Shown in pieces: positions 54,401-63,500 of a stretch of DNA of 64,000 nt. The translations under genes were made by a program, and so were the position numbers. How positions within the stretch are numbered: position 1 is the first letter of the stretch; every line of letters starts with the position of its first letter. The notes under the pieces are model-generated. The model made no database searches and was not told the DNA's origin. It saw only the letters and a program-made list of their open reading frames with translations. The stretch covers positions 186,992,001 through 187,056,000 of the forward strand of contig JBITNC010000001.1 in the NCBI GenBank assembly GCA_050084985.1. The letters run 5' to 3'. Source of the stretch: Nageia nagi. Its lineage: Eukaryota > Plantae > Pinophyta.

Positions 54401-55151
54401 CACCATAAATTTGATGCAATGCAGATATCAAGGTTTTGGTTTTCAGGCTCAGGCAGTCATTTGTATATTTTTTTGTGTGTAGGTTTGAACAGTTTATAAT
54501 GGTAGCCACTTGAATCTCAAAACAAATGACCAGTTTGTCTTCAGACTGCCAAACCTTATAATGTTGGAACAATTACTGAAAGACTATGAAAAAATCACTC
54601 ATTTCTTTACCATTTTCTAATCTATAATTTTTTTTCTAATCAATATACTATAATGGAAAAGAAAGCAAACCTGTCTCTCCCAAACACATGCAAGCCCACA
54701 ATATCATCATTATCTGGCTTAGGAACATTCACTGTTGGTGAGGACTCTAACAAATTAACTTCAAAACTGCTGCAAAAAGTTCCATTTGTAGGATCAAGTA
54801 TCTCTACCTGCACAAATGGGGTGAATTCAGTACATACACTCTCCAAGGAGACTATGTTACAAATTTAATTAATGTTGAGAGTCGTTTTACAATGACAGGG
54901 AAGGCAAAGAGCTTATTTGTCACTTGTAAATATGTTTAACAATAATCGAATAGTTGAAATTGATCACAATTATAATTTGTATATATGAATTTTTGATCCA
55001 TGTGATACTTATTACATTTTTTTGTTTTTGTAAAGAATATCTTTTTATATACTTGTATCTTTATTTTTGCATTTAATAATATTTATGCATAAAGAGAATT
55101 CATTGAAATCAAGATAAAATAATTACTTTGAAATTGATAATTCTGAACGTT

Positions 55152-55219
<68 letters not shown>

Positions 55220-55897
55220 TAGTTACACAAAGTCTGTTGCTCAAACTAAAACACCTGCTCTTAGAAGTTGAAAAAGTATAATGTGAAACTTTAGTTACAC
55301 AAAAAATGCAAAACTAATTAGCTTTGAAATGGTAATTACCACTCTGTTTTTTCTTGCAACTCCAAGCCTCTGCACACCAATCTGCAAATATTCACATAAT
55401 AATTAACAAAAAAGGAATAAAATATTTGAAATAAGAAGCAGAAAGACCATAAAAGATAACCTACTCTTGTTTACCATTAATAGTCAAACAAACAAAATAA
55501 CAGGAAAAAAAAACCTATACTACTGGCCTTGTGATTTTATTTAAAAAAAAAAAACAGTAGTTTCGGTACTCTGTGTAAAAGAAAGTTACAGATTTTGAGG
55601 GATTCCTGGAGAGGGAAGTGGCAACAATACAGCGCTGAGCATCCGGTAGTCCCCATTTCTCAACTACCTCCGGCACTCCATTCTCCCTTTTCACCTCGAT
55701 CACTATAATTATACGGACTAATTATGATAAAAACAGCGCTATTCTATGTGAAATTAAAAGAAAATAAAGACACATTTGCAGGAAACAAAACTGAGGATAT
55801 TGTTGTGTGCGCTACCTTTGATGAGACCCAAAACATCGAATGAGAGAGCTCTCAGCGGAGGGCAACCTTCGCACTCTACCGCTGTTGTACGAGGCAT
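6289..55897 (-). CDS. WDR74: WD40-repeat ribosome biogenesis protein WDR74/NSA1; 12 coding exons: complement(join(6289..6470,12854..12929,29054..29109,31740..31829,45845..45998,46599..46706,46859..46922,47143..47322,54671..54807,55340..55369,55590..55702,55816..55897)); 1272 nt, 423 aa
   Basis: Manual splicing gives an uninterrupted frame with GT..AG introns and consistent phases. The protein reads [28 protein letters not shown]...[14 protein letters not shown]...[40 protein letters not shown]...[44 protein letters not shown]...[15 protein letters not shown] and ends in a Lys-rich tail. These motifs match plant WDR74/Nsa1 proteins as I recall them. Confidence 0.93.
7647..11199 (+). mobile_element. 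Ty1/copia LTR retrotransposon (Tnt1/Tork-like), internally deleted, non-autonomous; in intron 11
   Basis: LTRs ~7647..8229 and 10546..11199 share long homology and both end ...GATCCTAACA. PBS TGGTATCAAAGC (tRNA-iMet type) at 8232. gag ([15 protein letters not shown]; ORF 8408..8875), zinc knuckle [16 protein letters not shown] ([19 protein letters not shown]; LDVKTTF), RNase H end, PPT at ~10535. TTCT flanks both ends as a candidate 4-bp TSD. Confidence 0.9.
12854..12929 (-). CDS. WDR74: WDR74 exon 11 ([25 protein letters not shown])
   Basis: ATGCAG acceptor, AAG|GTTAGT donor; 76 nt; FLKQxLTxxxFDS motif. Confidence 0.9.
14567..14787. mobile_element. hAT-type MITE inserted in the gypsy integrase
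   Basis: TIRs CATAGTATACAAATT / AATTTGTATACACTG (13/15); 8-bp TSD ATCTATAG/ATATATAG. Removing it restores an integrase-like reading [17 protein letters not shown]. Confidence 0.85.
16423..18842. mobile_element. 2.4-kb solo LTR (large-LTR gypsy family, e.g. Tat/Ogre/Athila-like; clade uncertain) inserted in the chromovirus RT
   Basis: Termini TGTTG...CAACA; TSD GGTTT/GGTTC. Splits the RT motif [10 protein letters not shown]|[12 protein letters not shown]. Confidence 0.85.
16729..17562. repeat. Array of seven ~42-bp palindromic repeats (GCATGnnTCAAAAAGACAAAATCTTGTCTTTTTGAAnCATGC) with 30-172-bp spacers
   Basis: Copies at 16729-16770, 16843-16884, 16951-16986 (6-bp deletion), 17090-17131, 17235-17276, 17307-17348 and 17521-17562. 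Confidence 0.9.
21139..21245. repeat. CATG/RY-rich ~27-bp tandem repeat in the chromovirus 5' leader
   Basis: TTGCATGTCATGTGCATnTGnTTGTGT unit, about 2.5 copies, followed by CCTGCATGCAC. Confidence 0.65.
22707..23201. mobile_element. hAT-type MITE
   Basis: Imperfect TIRs TATGGTTCGAAAAT / GTTTTACAACAATG; 8-bp TSD ATCCAGCT/ATCCAGAC; repeated subterminal GAGTAAC/TTACTC motifs in both orientations. Confidence 0.7.
23583..25008. mobile_element. Gypsy-type solo LTR (~1.4 kb) inserted in the copia gag
   Basis: Termini TGTAAAATCCC...GGGATGTTACA; degenerate TSD GAATC/TTATC; internal ~30-bp tandem repeat CAACGTGGGTGTCTAGGTGTCATGCATGCT at 24512-24620. Confidence 0.7.
29054..29109 (-). CDS. WDR74: WDR74 exon 10 ([19 protein letters not shown])
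   Basis: TTTGCAG acceptor, GTG|GTATGT donor; 56 nt; GLDRYLR motif. Confidence 0.92.
29540..31671 (+). mobile_element. Copia RT fragment followed by two dissimilar LTR-like segments; fills most of intron 9
   Basis: RT motifs [35 protein letters not shown] (ORF 29588..30013). Then PPT-like AACAGGGAG + TGTTGG 29980..30903 (TTAACA), PBS-like TTGTATCAGAC, and a second PPT AAGGGAGGG + LTR-like 31227..31671. Confidence 0.7.
31740..31829 (-). CDS. WDR74: WDR74 exon 9 ([30 protein letters not shown])
   Basis: TTGGCAG acceptor, GTG|GTATGT donor; 90 nt; within ORF 31732..31956. Confidence 0.93.
34060..36540 (+). mobile_element. Highly decayed copia remnant (gag, pre-integrase and RT fragments)
   Basis: [17 protein letters not shown] (UBN2-like gag) at ~34330; [10 protein letters not shown] at ~35050; FLM/EEI.. 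at ~35650; [10 protein letters not shown] (YVDD-like) at ~36460. Boundaries approximate. Confidence 0.6.
38333..41405 (+). mobile_element. Old Ty3/gypsy (CRM-like) deletion derivative: diverged LTR pair, gag and protease remnant only
   Basis: Diverged direct repeats ~38333-38596 and ~40516-40767 + 41383-41405 (TTTGTATTTAGTTTTTCA..TGTGTAAA; GAATAATAAA). ORF 39812..40075 [34 protein letters not shown] resembles CRM-type protease. No RT or integrase seen. Confidence 0.65.
40768..41382. mobile_element. Solo LTR (615 bp) nested in the 3' LTR of the CRM-like element
   Basis: TGTTAAG...GGGGACATTACA; TSD GTTCA/GTTCG. Confidence 0.78.
43739..45030. mobile_element. Non-autonomous hAT-like element
   Basis: GC-rich subterminal GGGGAC/GGGTAC motifs at the left end and GTCCCC motifs at the right end, around an AT-rich core. 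Candidate TSD GATAGATG/TTTAGATG. TIRs poorly preserved. Confidence 0.5.
45845..45998 (-). CDS. WDR74: WDR74 exon 8 ([51 protein letters not shown])
   Basis: GACAG acceptor, CAG|GTAAAT donor; 154 nt; carries the Nsa1-type VRLYD..QRRP motif. Confidence 0.93.
46599..46706 (-). CDS. WDR74: WDR74 exon 7 ([36 protein letters not shown])
   Basis: Acceptor TTTTTGCAAAG (AAG type), donor GAG|GTATGG; 108 nt; within ORF 46575..46811. Confidence 0.9.
46859..46922 (-). CDS. WDR74: WDR74 exon 6 ([21 protein letters not shown])
   Basis: TTCAG acceptor, GCG|GTATAC donor; 64 nt; contains a WD motif. Confidence 0.9.
47143..47322 (-). CDS. WDR74: WDR74 exon 5 ([12 protein letters not shown]...[25 protein letters not shown])
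   Basis: TGCAG acceptor, GG|GTAAGT donor; 180 nt, phase 2-2. Confidence 0.92.
48477..51615 (+). mobile_element. hAT DNA transposon with pseudogenised, internally deleted transposase; in intron 4
   Basis: Perfect 8-bp TSD AACTAACA (48469-76 and 51616-23); imperfect TIRs AAATGGTCCACAA / TTGTGGAACCTTG. BED zinc-finger remnant [21 protein letters not shown] (49096..49317). C-terminal hATC region [48 protein letters not shown]. Confidence 0.9.
50561..51031. mobile_element. hAT-type MITE nested in the hAT transposase 3' end
   Basis: TIRs CATAGAATAAAAAAA / TTTTTTTATTCTATA; 8-bp TSD GGCCAAAG/GGCCAGAG; internal CCGTA/TCGTA motifs. Confidence 0.85.
51965..52354. mobile_element. Probable short solo LTR
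   Basis: TGTTA...TGACA termini with a 4/5-matching TSD ATGAT/AGGAT; no second copy in the window. Confidence 0.45.
52513..53283 (+). mobile_element. Solo LTR (771 bp) in intron 4
   Basis: TGTTGAC...TTCAACA; perfect TSD AAGGA; homologous to 58288..59118 in the opposite orientation. Strand is assigned only relative to that copy. Confidence 0.88.
54671..54807 (-). CDS. WDR74: WDR74 exon 4 (VEILDPTNG...[10 protein letters not shown])
   Basis: GTGCAG|GTA acceptor, CAG|GTTTGC donor; 137 nt; within ORF 54640..54846. Confidence 0.88.
55156..55212. repeat. (AT)n microsatellite, ~28 units, in intron 3
   Basis: Perfect alternating AT run followed by a short (CA)n. Confidence 0.97.
55340..55369 (-). 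CDS. WDR74: WDR74 exon 3, 30-nt micro-exon ([10 protein letters not shown])
   Basis: TGCAG|AGG...GTG|GTAATT; symmetric phase 0-0; supplies the conserved LxVARKNG-like segment before VEI. Confidence 0.85.
55590..55702 (-). CDS. WDR74: WDR74 exon 2 ([38 protein letters not shown])
   Basis: Acceptor TAG, donor TCT|GTAACT; 113 nt; lies within ORF 55515..55703. Confidence 0.88.
55816..55897 (-). CDS. WDR74: WDR74 coding exon 1 ([27 protein letters not shown])
   Basis: ATG at 55897-55895; donor AAG|GTAGC; 82 nt, phase 1; conserved GCPPxRALxFDxLGLIKV N-terminus. Too short for the ORF track. Confidence 0.92.
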
Positions 55898-56849
55898 TGC
55901 TATCCCTCCGCTCCAATATCCACCTAAATTGAGGTTCTGAGTAAAGCCCTAAGCATTTGCTGCACTATGCCAGGTATGATTGAATATAAGTTTCGTACAG
56001 ACTGAATATAGAATGAATTCGTCGTTTTTTTTGAAGTAAAATTTCAATGGAATAGTTTACAGGAAAAACGGAGCAGATCGAAAACAAATTCGTGGAAAAG
56101 AAAATAGAAGTTAGGTTTTCTCTTACATAAATGAAAAAGAAACGAGAGTGTTCTCTATTTTTTATGTAAAAAATTAATAGAAAAAAACAATATCTAGTTA
56201 ACTAATAGAACAAAGAATGATAATTATGACTAAACATTATAACTTTGGATGTGAGAGATGATATTTATTTATTAGTATTTATTTCATATTGTTTTAATAA
56301 AAGTCAATTATATTATTAAATAAAGAAATTTTACAAATAAAAATTGATCATATTTTTATGTGGAGTTAAATTAATCATTAAATATTAGAAAATTAAAAGA
56401 ATTTATATAATTCATTTTAATAAGTTTGAAGTCTACCAATTAAAAGTTAAATAAAAATAGAAATGATTATCACATATTATTAATGGGAGTATCATTCATA
56501 TCATTTTTCATTTTTACTCATTCATTAGAAGGGATGGAAATATGCCAACTATCACTCTCATTACATGCATGTGTAGGTTAGCCAAGGCCATCATTATTGT
56601 CTTTTGCATCCCAACCAATAATAGGTGCCACAACGTCTTTGGACGGACATCCCAACTATCATATTACATTAACGATTAAGCACTTTGGTCATTAATGTGT
56701 TTACAAACTAAGGAAGATGAGACGAACATTTACCAGTCAATTCAATTCTCACACGCAAGGGAGACCTCTACTTGGATTGTGAAATCTAGAGGATCCTTGA
56801 GAAGATAGTTTTGGAGGGACCCAACTAACAATGCACAATACATTTCCCC

Positions 56850-58287
56850 AATGGTCAATCAAAGCTCTCAATTGATTAAGCTCCATAGTGACCTTATCAG
56901 CTTAATTAGAATTTTGGAATCATGCATAAAATAAATAAATAAATAAATATCAACAAAAGAAAAAGTTATGGAAGCTTCATCCTCTCAAAAAATAATCTTG
57001 TTACAATCTTTCCAAATATAGAAGAGAATGCTAATGTGAAACATGTTCCACTCTTCTTTAAAGGTGATAAAAATTTGGGAGGATCATCTAAAAGAGCATG
57101 TTGCTAAAAAAATAATTAGGCATGTATAATCGACATAAAGGTTTTATCCATTTCCATGCATCCATAACTCTCTATGATATAATCAAAAAAAGGTACATGA
57201 TTTCCTTTGAAACTTTGTAGAAACTATAAATGAGGTTCTTCACACATAGATAAATAAGATGTTGATACATAGGAAGCCCATGAGAAAAGATTCCATATAA
57301 AGAAAGCTTGCTTGGGTTCAACATAAGGGGGCCAACAAGTTTGAAATGAAGATTCCATCATGAAGGAGCTAAATCCAAAGCCCACTTTTGGTTGAGGCAT
57401 TGCACATGGGTAAATGGGGGGGGGGGGGGGGGGGGGGGGGTGCTAGAACCAAGTGTAGCCTAAGCTAGCTTTATATTTCTAAATAGCACACTAACAAAGT
57501 CATCTCTAATCAACCCATCAAGAAGTTTGGAATATCCTAAAAATTTTAGGCCAAAGAGAGAATGATATGTTATCCAACACTACATCATAAGTACTTTTAT
57601 CATTCAACTTCAGATTAATAAGTTGTTTGAAAGCCTCCCTAGGAATCTAATCCTTGGTACAAGCAGAAACATATTTGCAATTATGGTAATCTCTTTCTTG
57701 TAAAATCATTTCACTCAAATCCATTAAACTTATGTAAGAGATTGACCTTAATGAGTGATGACAAAGGACCATTAAATATTGGTTGAAGCTAAAAAGGATC
57801 CCTTATTTTTTCCATCATTATTCTAATATAGTCATGGTTTAAAGGCTTCTCATGCTTTCCAAATACTTTTGACAATTAAGGTGCCTTGAACCTTGACATA
57901 AATAGGAAAGCAATGACCAATGTATGAAAGTCGATTCCTTTTCATACTTTCTTACCAAGAGGGAGTCTGGAAGAAATGTAATGGTGAAGGAGAAGCTTCC
58001 TTTTGGAATTTTCAAATTTCATTTAAAAATTTCTACATCTACATTATCCTTGCAAATATTTTTGGTAGATAGTCCATATGTTAATGGTATTGAATGACTA
58101 AATAGTTACCAAACATAGTTCCCATGGCATTAATATATAGCTCATGAACCTTAGAAGCTCTATATTGCTAGCTAAATATTTTAATACCTTCCCACTCATT
58201 GAATATTTTATTGAAGAGTAATAATATGTTGACCAACCACATGTCATTCATTTGATTGCTTCCACCCATTTGTTGGCCATATATCTC
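56850..58287 (-). mobile_element. Decayed LINE ORF2 remnant (endonuclease end and linker)
   Basis: Minus-strand GHCFPI (SDH.PI-like) and a W..GDK.T-like segment at ~57150; many stops; boundaries approximate. Confidence 0.4.
57416..57440 (+). repeat. G25 homopolymer
   Basis: 25 consecutive G. Confidence 0.95.
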
Positions 58288-59118
58288 TATTGGAATATTT
58301 TTAGTGGCCCCTATAATAACCTAAGAGGAAACCATGTTAAAACACTTAACATATGATTATGTATTATCCTAGTTATTTGACTCCAATAAACATAAGATAA
58401 TATAAATAAATAAAAATGAACAATAGCCTAATAGCATATATAATAATAAATAATATATTTAGATTATTAGATCAAGATATCATGATAATGAATTCACGCA
58501 CTAAAGAGATGGGATTGAGTGAAAGATAAATACTTGTAAAACCTTACTTAAGAGAAGTCGATATATGCAAATAGTAACTTATCAAAGATAGGTGACCTTG
58601 ATGTGTGAACCCCATGGAGCACAACAAAAAGGATGATGACACAGATGCTTATAGTGACACAAATGTTAGGTCTCAAATGATAATGCAAGCATGCATGACA
58701 ACACAAACACTTGGCATCCAATAGATTAGATTTTGTCACCAAGGATCAAACATAACATAATATTGATAAGTCAAGCTAAACATATAATTGCAAAAATATA
58801 GAATAATAAATATGATTATGGTAATAAGATCCCAATCTCGATAAGCAACATTAAGAAACACCTAAACTTTAAAGTGGTACTAATTGTTAAGATTTTAAAT
58901 CTTGATAACTTTCCCTGCAATCATACTTACCCTTTTATATGCAGCATAACCTCCAATCACCCTTTAGGAAAGCTAGCACTGATGTTGGGGTACCTAGCAT
59001 AAGAATAAAAAGATTACATAAGAAAGGACCAAGAAAATAACAATAATATGATATAAGATCAATATAATATAACACCTAAGTGAGGCCACCTTAGGGGAAC
59101 CAAAATTAGGTGTCAACA
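58288..59118 (-). mobile_element. Solo LTR of the same family as 52513..53283, inverted; inserted in a LINE remnant upstream of WDR74
   Basis: Reverse complement begins TGTTGACACCTAATTTTGGTTCCCCTAAGGTGGCCTCACTTAGGTGTTATATTATA and ends ...CCACTAAAAATATTCCAATA; TSD ATCTC/ATATC. Confidence 0.85.
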
Positions 59119-60467
59119 ATATCGATCCTTATATCCATAATGGATGATGCAATTCAACACCCAATTTAAATGTAGTAGGTATGCTAAGTTTTTACTAGCT
59201 ATTTTAGCAAAATAGTATAATGGTGAAACAAATAACATAATCACCAAATAGATCAAGGGACACATGTTTGATAGTGAAGGCTCTCCCGATAATTAACAAT
59301 TCATTAATTGTTAAATTTCATATGGAAAAAAAATATAATTATCAAAGTAATGAATGATGAATTCAATAGGAGAAAGGTGGCTACATATGGTAACATATAT
59401 TAGTAATTGAATTACCTGCAATCGTTGATTTCTTCTAAGTGGAAAGTCATTTGGCTAGGCAAAAGATACATGGTAGGCAATGAACATTCTCACTAACGAT
59501 GGATCATTCTTAGTCATCTGATGAGACTCAATAGATAAATTTTAAAGGTTTAAAGATCAAAAGGTAGCATGTTGCATAACAGGAGGCTTAGCAAAAGATT
59601 AAACAAATTTGTATTATCAAATGTTAGCTAGAGAATAATTACAATATAATGAATGGATAAAGTAGTTAGTAAGAAAAGGGGGATACCACATGGAAAGCAT
59701 CGAGAAACTTTGCCATCAATTATGATATTGCAACCATTGATCTCAAATTAAAGAAAAAGACATGATAGATAAAAAAGCTTAAAGAGTTCAAGTGATTAAA
59801 TACTTCTTAATCATCTGAGGACATAATTATTAGCAAGAAAAGGTAGTTAGTCAATTTATTAAATAGTTAATTATGAAAAGGGATAAGTGATAAAGAATTC
59901 TGCTAATTTAATCATGTCAAAGCAATGATAAGAAAAAGGCCTTCACTAAATCATATGGTTGAAATTCAAATCTAACAAGATTTAGCAATTATAAATCAAA
60001 AGGAGTAAGATTGGTTAGAATTCGACACAAATGTGAAATTAATATCAATGTGTGAGGAGCCATAATTGTTCTGCTTACAAATCTTATTCTTCTCAAATTG
60101 TAGAGAAAGATGCTTCAAAAGAAGTGGTAAGCTAGGAAAATTACTATTCAAAGGGACAAATAATTCAAAAGATACACATATAAGTCAGGTTTGAAAATTC
60201 CAACCACATATTTTGAGAAAAATAAGTTGGCTAAGATGAATCCTATAGTGACTTGGAATTAGCTCCATACCAATTAATATCAGGGAAAAGTATTTGTAAA
60301 TATATCATAGAAATAATCCAAAAGTACATAGTAGGAAAAGAGATTCTTGAGGTTATTATAACGGAACTTGAAAGCTAATACATTTTTTAATTTAGAAACC
60401 TAGAAGAAAAGCCTAAATTCTCGTCTGTATTGACCAATAAATTATTTTCAAAAGAAAAAGATTCTAG

Positions 60468-60575
60468 TAAGTCATCCCTTTCTTACAAATAATGATGGGA
60501 CTCAAATCTAGGAAGAATTATTAAGTCATCCCTTTCTTACAAATAATGATGGGACTCTAATCTAGGAAGAATTAT
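60468..60575. repeat. 54-bp tandem duplication (2 copies, 1 mismatch)
   Basis: TAAGTCATCCCTTTCTTACAAATAATGATGGGACTC(A/T)AATCTAGGAAGAATTAT x2. Confidence 0.95.
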
Positions 60576-61519
60576 TTATCTCAGAGTTTGGTTTTCTTCA
60601 AACCTTATGGTATGTCTACCTCAAGCTTATCATCTTGAAACTAAGACCTTCAGACAAAAAAATGGATCAATTGCATTTGAGTTAAACCTTATAGCTTTTA
60701 GTTTAGTATTCAAGCTAAGAGCTAGCACATGGTTAATTAAGTACAATTTTATAAAAGAGAAAGTTGGTCTGACTACATGTGTAATTATCTATAGTAGATT
60801 CTTCAAGAACCTTATGAACAACATGAGAACTTTTCCTATCAGCAAATATGTATTTTGACCTTAGATCATGGACTATGTGGATATGATAAATTCAATCTTG
60901 GGCACTAAAGAATTCCATATAGTATCAGCTGAAGTCATATTTTTTAGTTTGTATGAATACCAAAAATGCAAATATTGATGTATATAGTTGAGATACTGAA
61001 ATCTAAAACATAAATGATAAAAAAAATTATTAAATTAAGGAAGTAAGTGTTGGAAAATCATATTATACGCTAGACTAAAAATGGGATTTAGAGGTAGCTG
61101 ATTTGAGGTATTTTTGGTGTGATAGTTTTTAATTGCCTCTATTATGGGTTTTAGTGGTGATAGTTTATCAACTACCTTCGTTAAAAGTTTTAGTGGCAAT
61201 TTTTAGCAAGTGGTTTTAAAATTCCCCTCTAAATCATAAGGAAGTGAGTAAAAATTATCATTCAATGTAAAAAGAATATTGCATAAGGAACTTGGGTAAG
61301 CACTTGTAGTATTTTAAGTTTTTCTCAAGAAGAGCAGATGAGGGGGTAGAGCACTTAGCTTGTACCATTTCAAGCCAAGGGAGTTAGAACACTTGGAGGA
61401 TTTCTTATTTTCCATGAAGAGATAAAAGAGCTCTTAACATGTATTCTTATACATATCTTATCAAGCAATTATCATTCTTTTGGAATAAAAGTTTATATTT
61501 TCTTTTTTCATAAAAAATA

Positions 61520-63500
61520 TTTTGTGTGCATCCTGCAATCATTGCATACCATGAAACTATGTTTGCATCATGCATCTTATCAAACAATTCTTAATCTTTG
61601 TGTATTCTTCCATATTTTGCACACATATCCATCAAGCCATTCAAAACTACAACATTCAATTTACAAGCACCAAATAGACACATATAAACACATAATTCAA
61701 GTTTTATGGGTATTTTGGCAATGAAGTTCAAAGCTCCCTCATGATAGCCTGCATGACTAATATGGTCAACAATACATGTATAATGATTCATCCTAGGAAT
61801 AATGTAATAAGATTCACTCATGTTGTAAAGGTTTGTTCTAGATTTTACATACATTTCTATTAGGGAATTCAAAATCACAACATTTTTTTTTATAAGAATT
61901 GAGTAAACATACCCAATTTAGGTTTAATGGGTATTGATAATGAAGTTCGAAGCTCCATTAGGATAGATTGCATGGCCAAGAAGGTTAACAATTCATGCAT
62001 AAGGATTCATACCATGAATAATGTAATAAGAGTCCCTCATGTTATAAGGTTTTATTCTGCATTTTGCATACTTGTCTATTAGGGCATTCAAAACCACAAC
62101 ATTCAATGTACAAGCACCAAATAAACACACCCAATTATTTTGGCAATGAGGTTCAAATCTCCCTTAGGATAGCCTACATGAACAAGGTTAATAATGCATG
62201 TATAATGATTTATCCTAGGAATAATGTAATAAGAGTCCCATTTTGCATACATATCTATCAGGTCATTCAAAACCATAACATTTGATTTACAAGTACAAAG
62301 TAGATACAATCAAGTCAAGTTTTATGGGTATTTTTAATGTAGTTCAAAGCTCCCTCATGATAGCTAGAAAGATCAAGAAGGTTAATAATGCATGTATAAT
62401 AATTCATCCTAAGAATAATGCAATAAGAGTTGCTCATGTTGTAAGAATTTTTTCCTGAGTGTTTCATCATATCTAAGAGTTTAAGGGCATATTCATTGTA
62501 GTTATGAATAGCATATCATCCAATCATTGGAGACCATGAAACTATGTCTCATGGGGTTCACATCCCTCGTAATAATGTCACTTGCAACAATATTAAAGAT
62601 AAACTTGGTTTTTGTATGACATTCATTGCATACTCAAAGGTTCTTCATAACTCTTAACAAATTCCCCTATATCTATATTCTTATACATGATATACAAGCA
62701 CCAAGAAAACACATAGGTACACCCAATTTTTTCATATCATATAGTATATTTATATAATTTCATATAGTATGGTACAATTACATAATTTTATAACATATGG
62801 TGGATGAGGCCAACTTATCACTTTGGATTTACACTTAACAATTGCATCTACTTTAAAGTCTATAAAGCCTTTTTAGAAAACCCATTTTATGCATATCACG
62901 AGGTCATTAAAATCTATGAAATTGCATTGCAATGAGGTATAATTTTATAAGAAAATAGAAACCAATGATTGTTCTTATGTAAAGTCTTTTATAATAGAAA
63001 TCATGTTATTTATGAAGTCTTTTGCTTTATCTAGATTCTAGACACCTACATGACCAAGAAGATCAACCATACATGCATAATGTTCCTTTGTAGGTGTAAT
63101 ATGACAATAATCATTTGTGTATTTGAAGAGCTAGTATTGATAACCCTCCTTACATGGCTACATGTAGATAATACACTAATTAATATGACATCATTTGGAT
63201 TAATTCCTAAACATTCCATTTATTCAAATAATTTGATGGCTTCCTTTCTACAACCATTCCTTGCATACCATGTAATCATTACAGTCCATGAAATTATGTG
63301 TTCATAAGGTATCAAATAAAATTCTTAAATTTTATCAAATAGTACATAGCATTACCTTTCCAATACATATCTAGATAGATTAAAGACCTAGCAAGAGACT
63401 AATTCAAATTATGAATATGTAGATATTATTAAACTAGTTAATAATAGCCAAATCAAAGAGAAGAAGTTGAAAAATTTGCGTTGTTTGGTGATATTGTATG
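61520..63500 (-). pseudogene. PLS-class PPR (S/E-domain) pseudogene fragments, tandemly amplified
   Basis: ORF 61591..61878 MSESYYIIPRMNHYTCIVDHISHAGYHEGALNFIAKIPIK...MCLFGACK + NVVVLNGLMDMCAKYG; ORF 62103..62309 is similar. Four ~200-bp units plus more fragments at ~62700 and ~63050; stops and frameshifts throughout. Confidence 0.85.

Noticed and set aside
59150-61440. Decayed gypsy pol plus LTR (61048..61439)
   Set aside because: Looks retroelement-like, but the motifs are too eroded to support boundaries or family.
61591-62309. Functional PPR gene
   Set aside because: Fragmentary, with stops and frameshifts, scrambled motif order, and no targeting peptide or full motif array.
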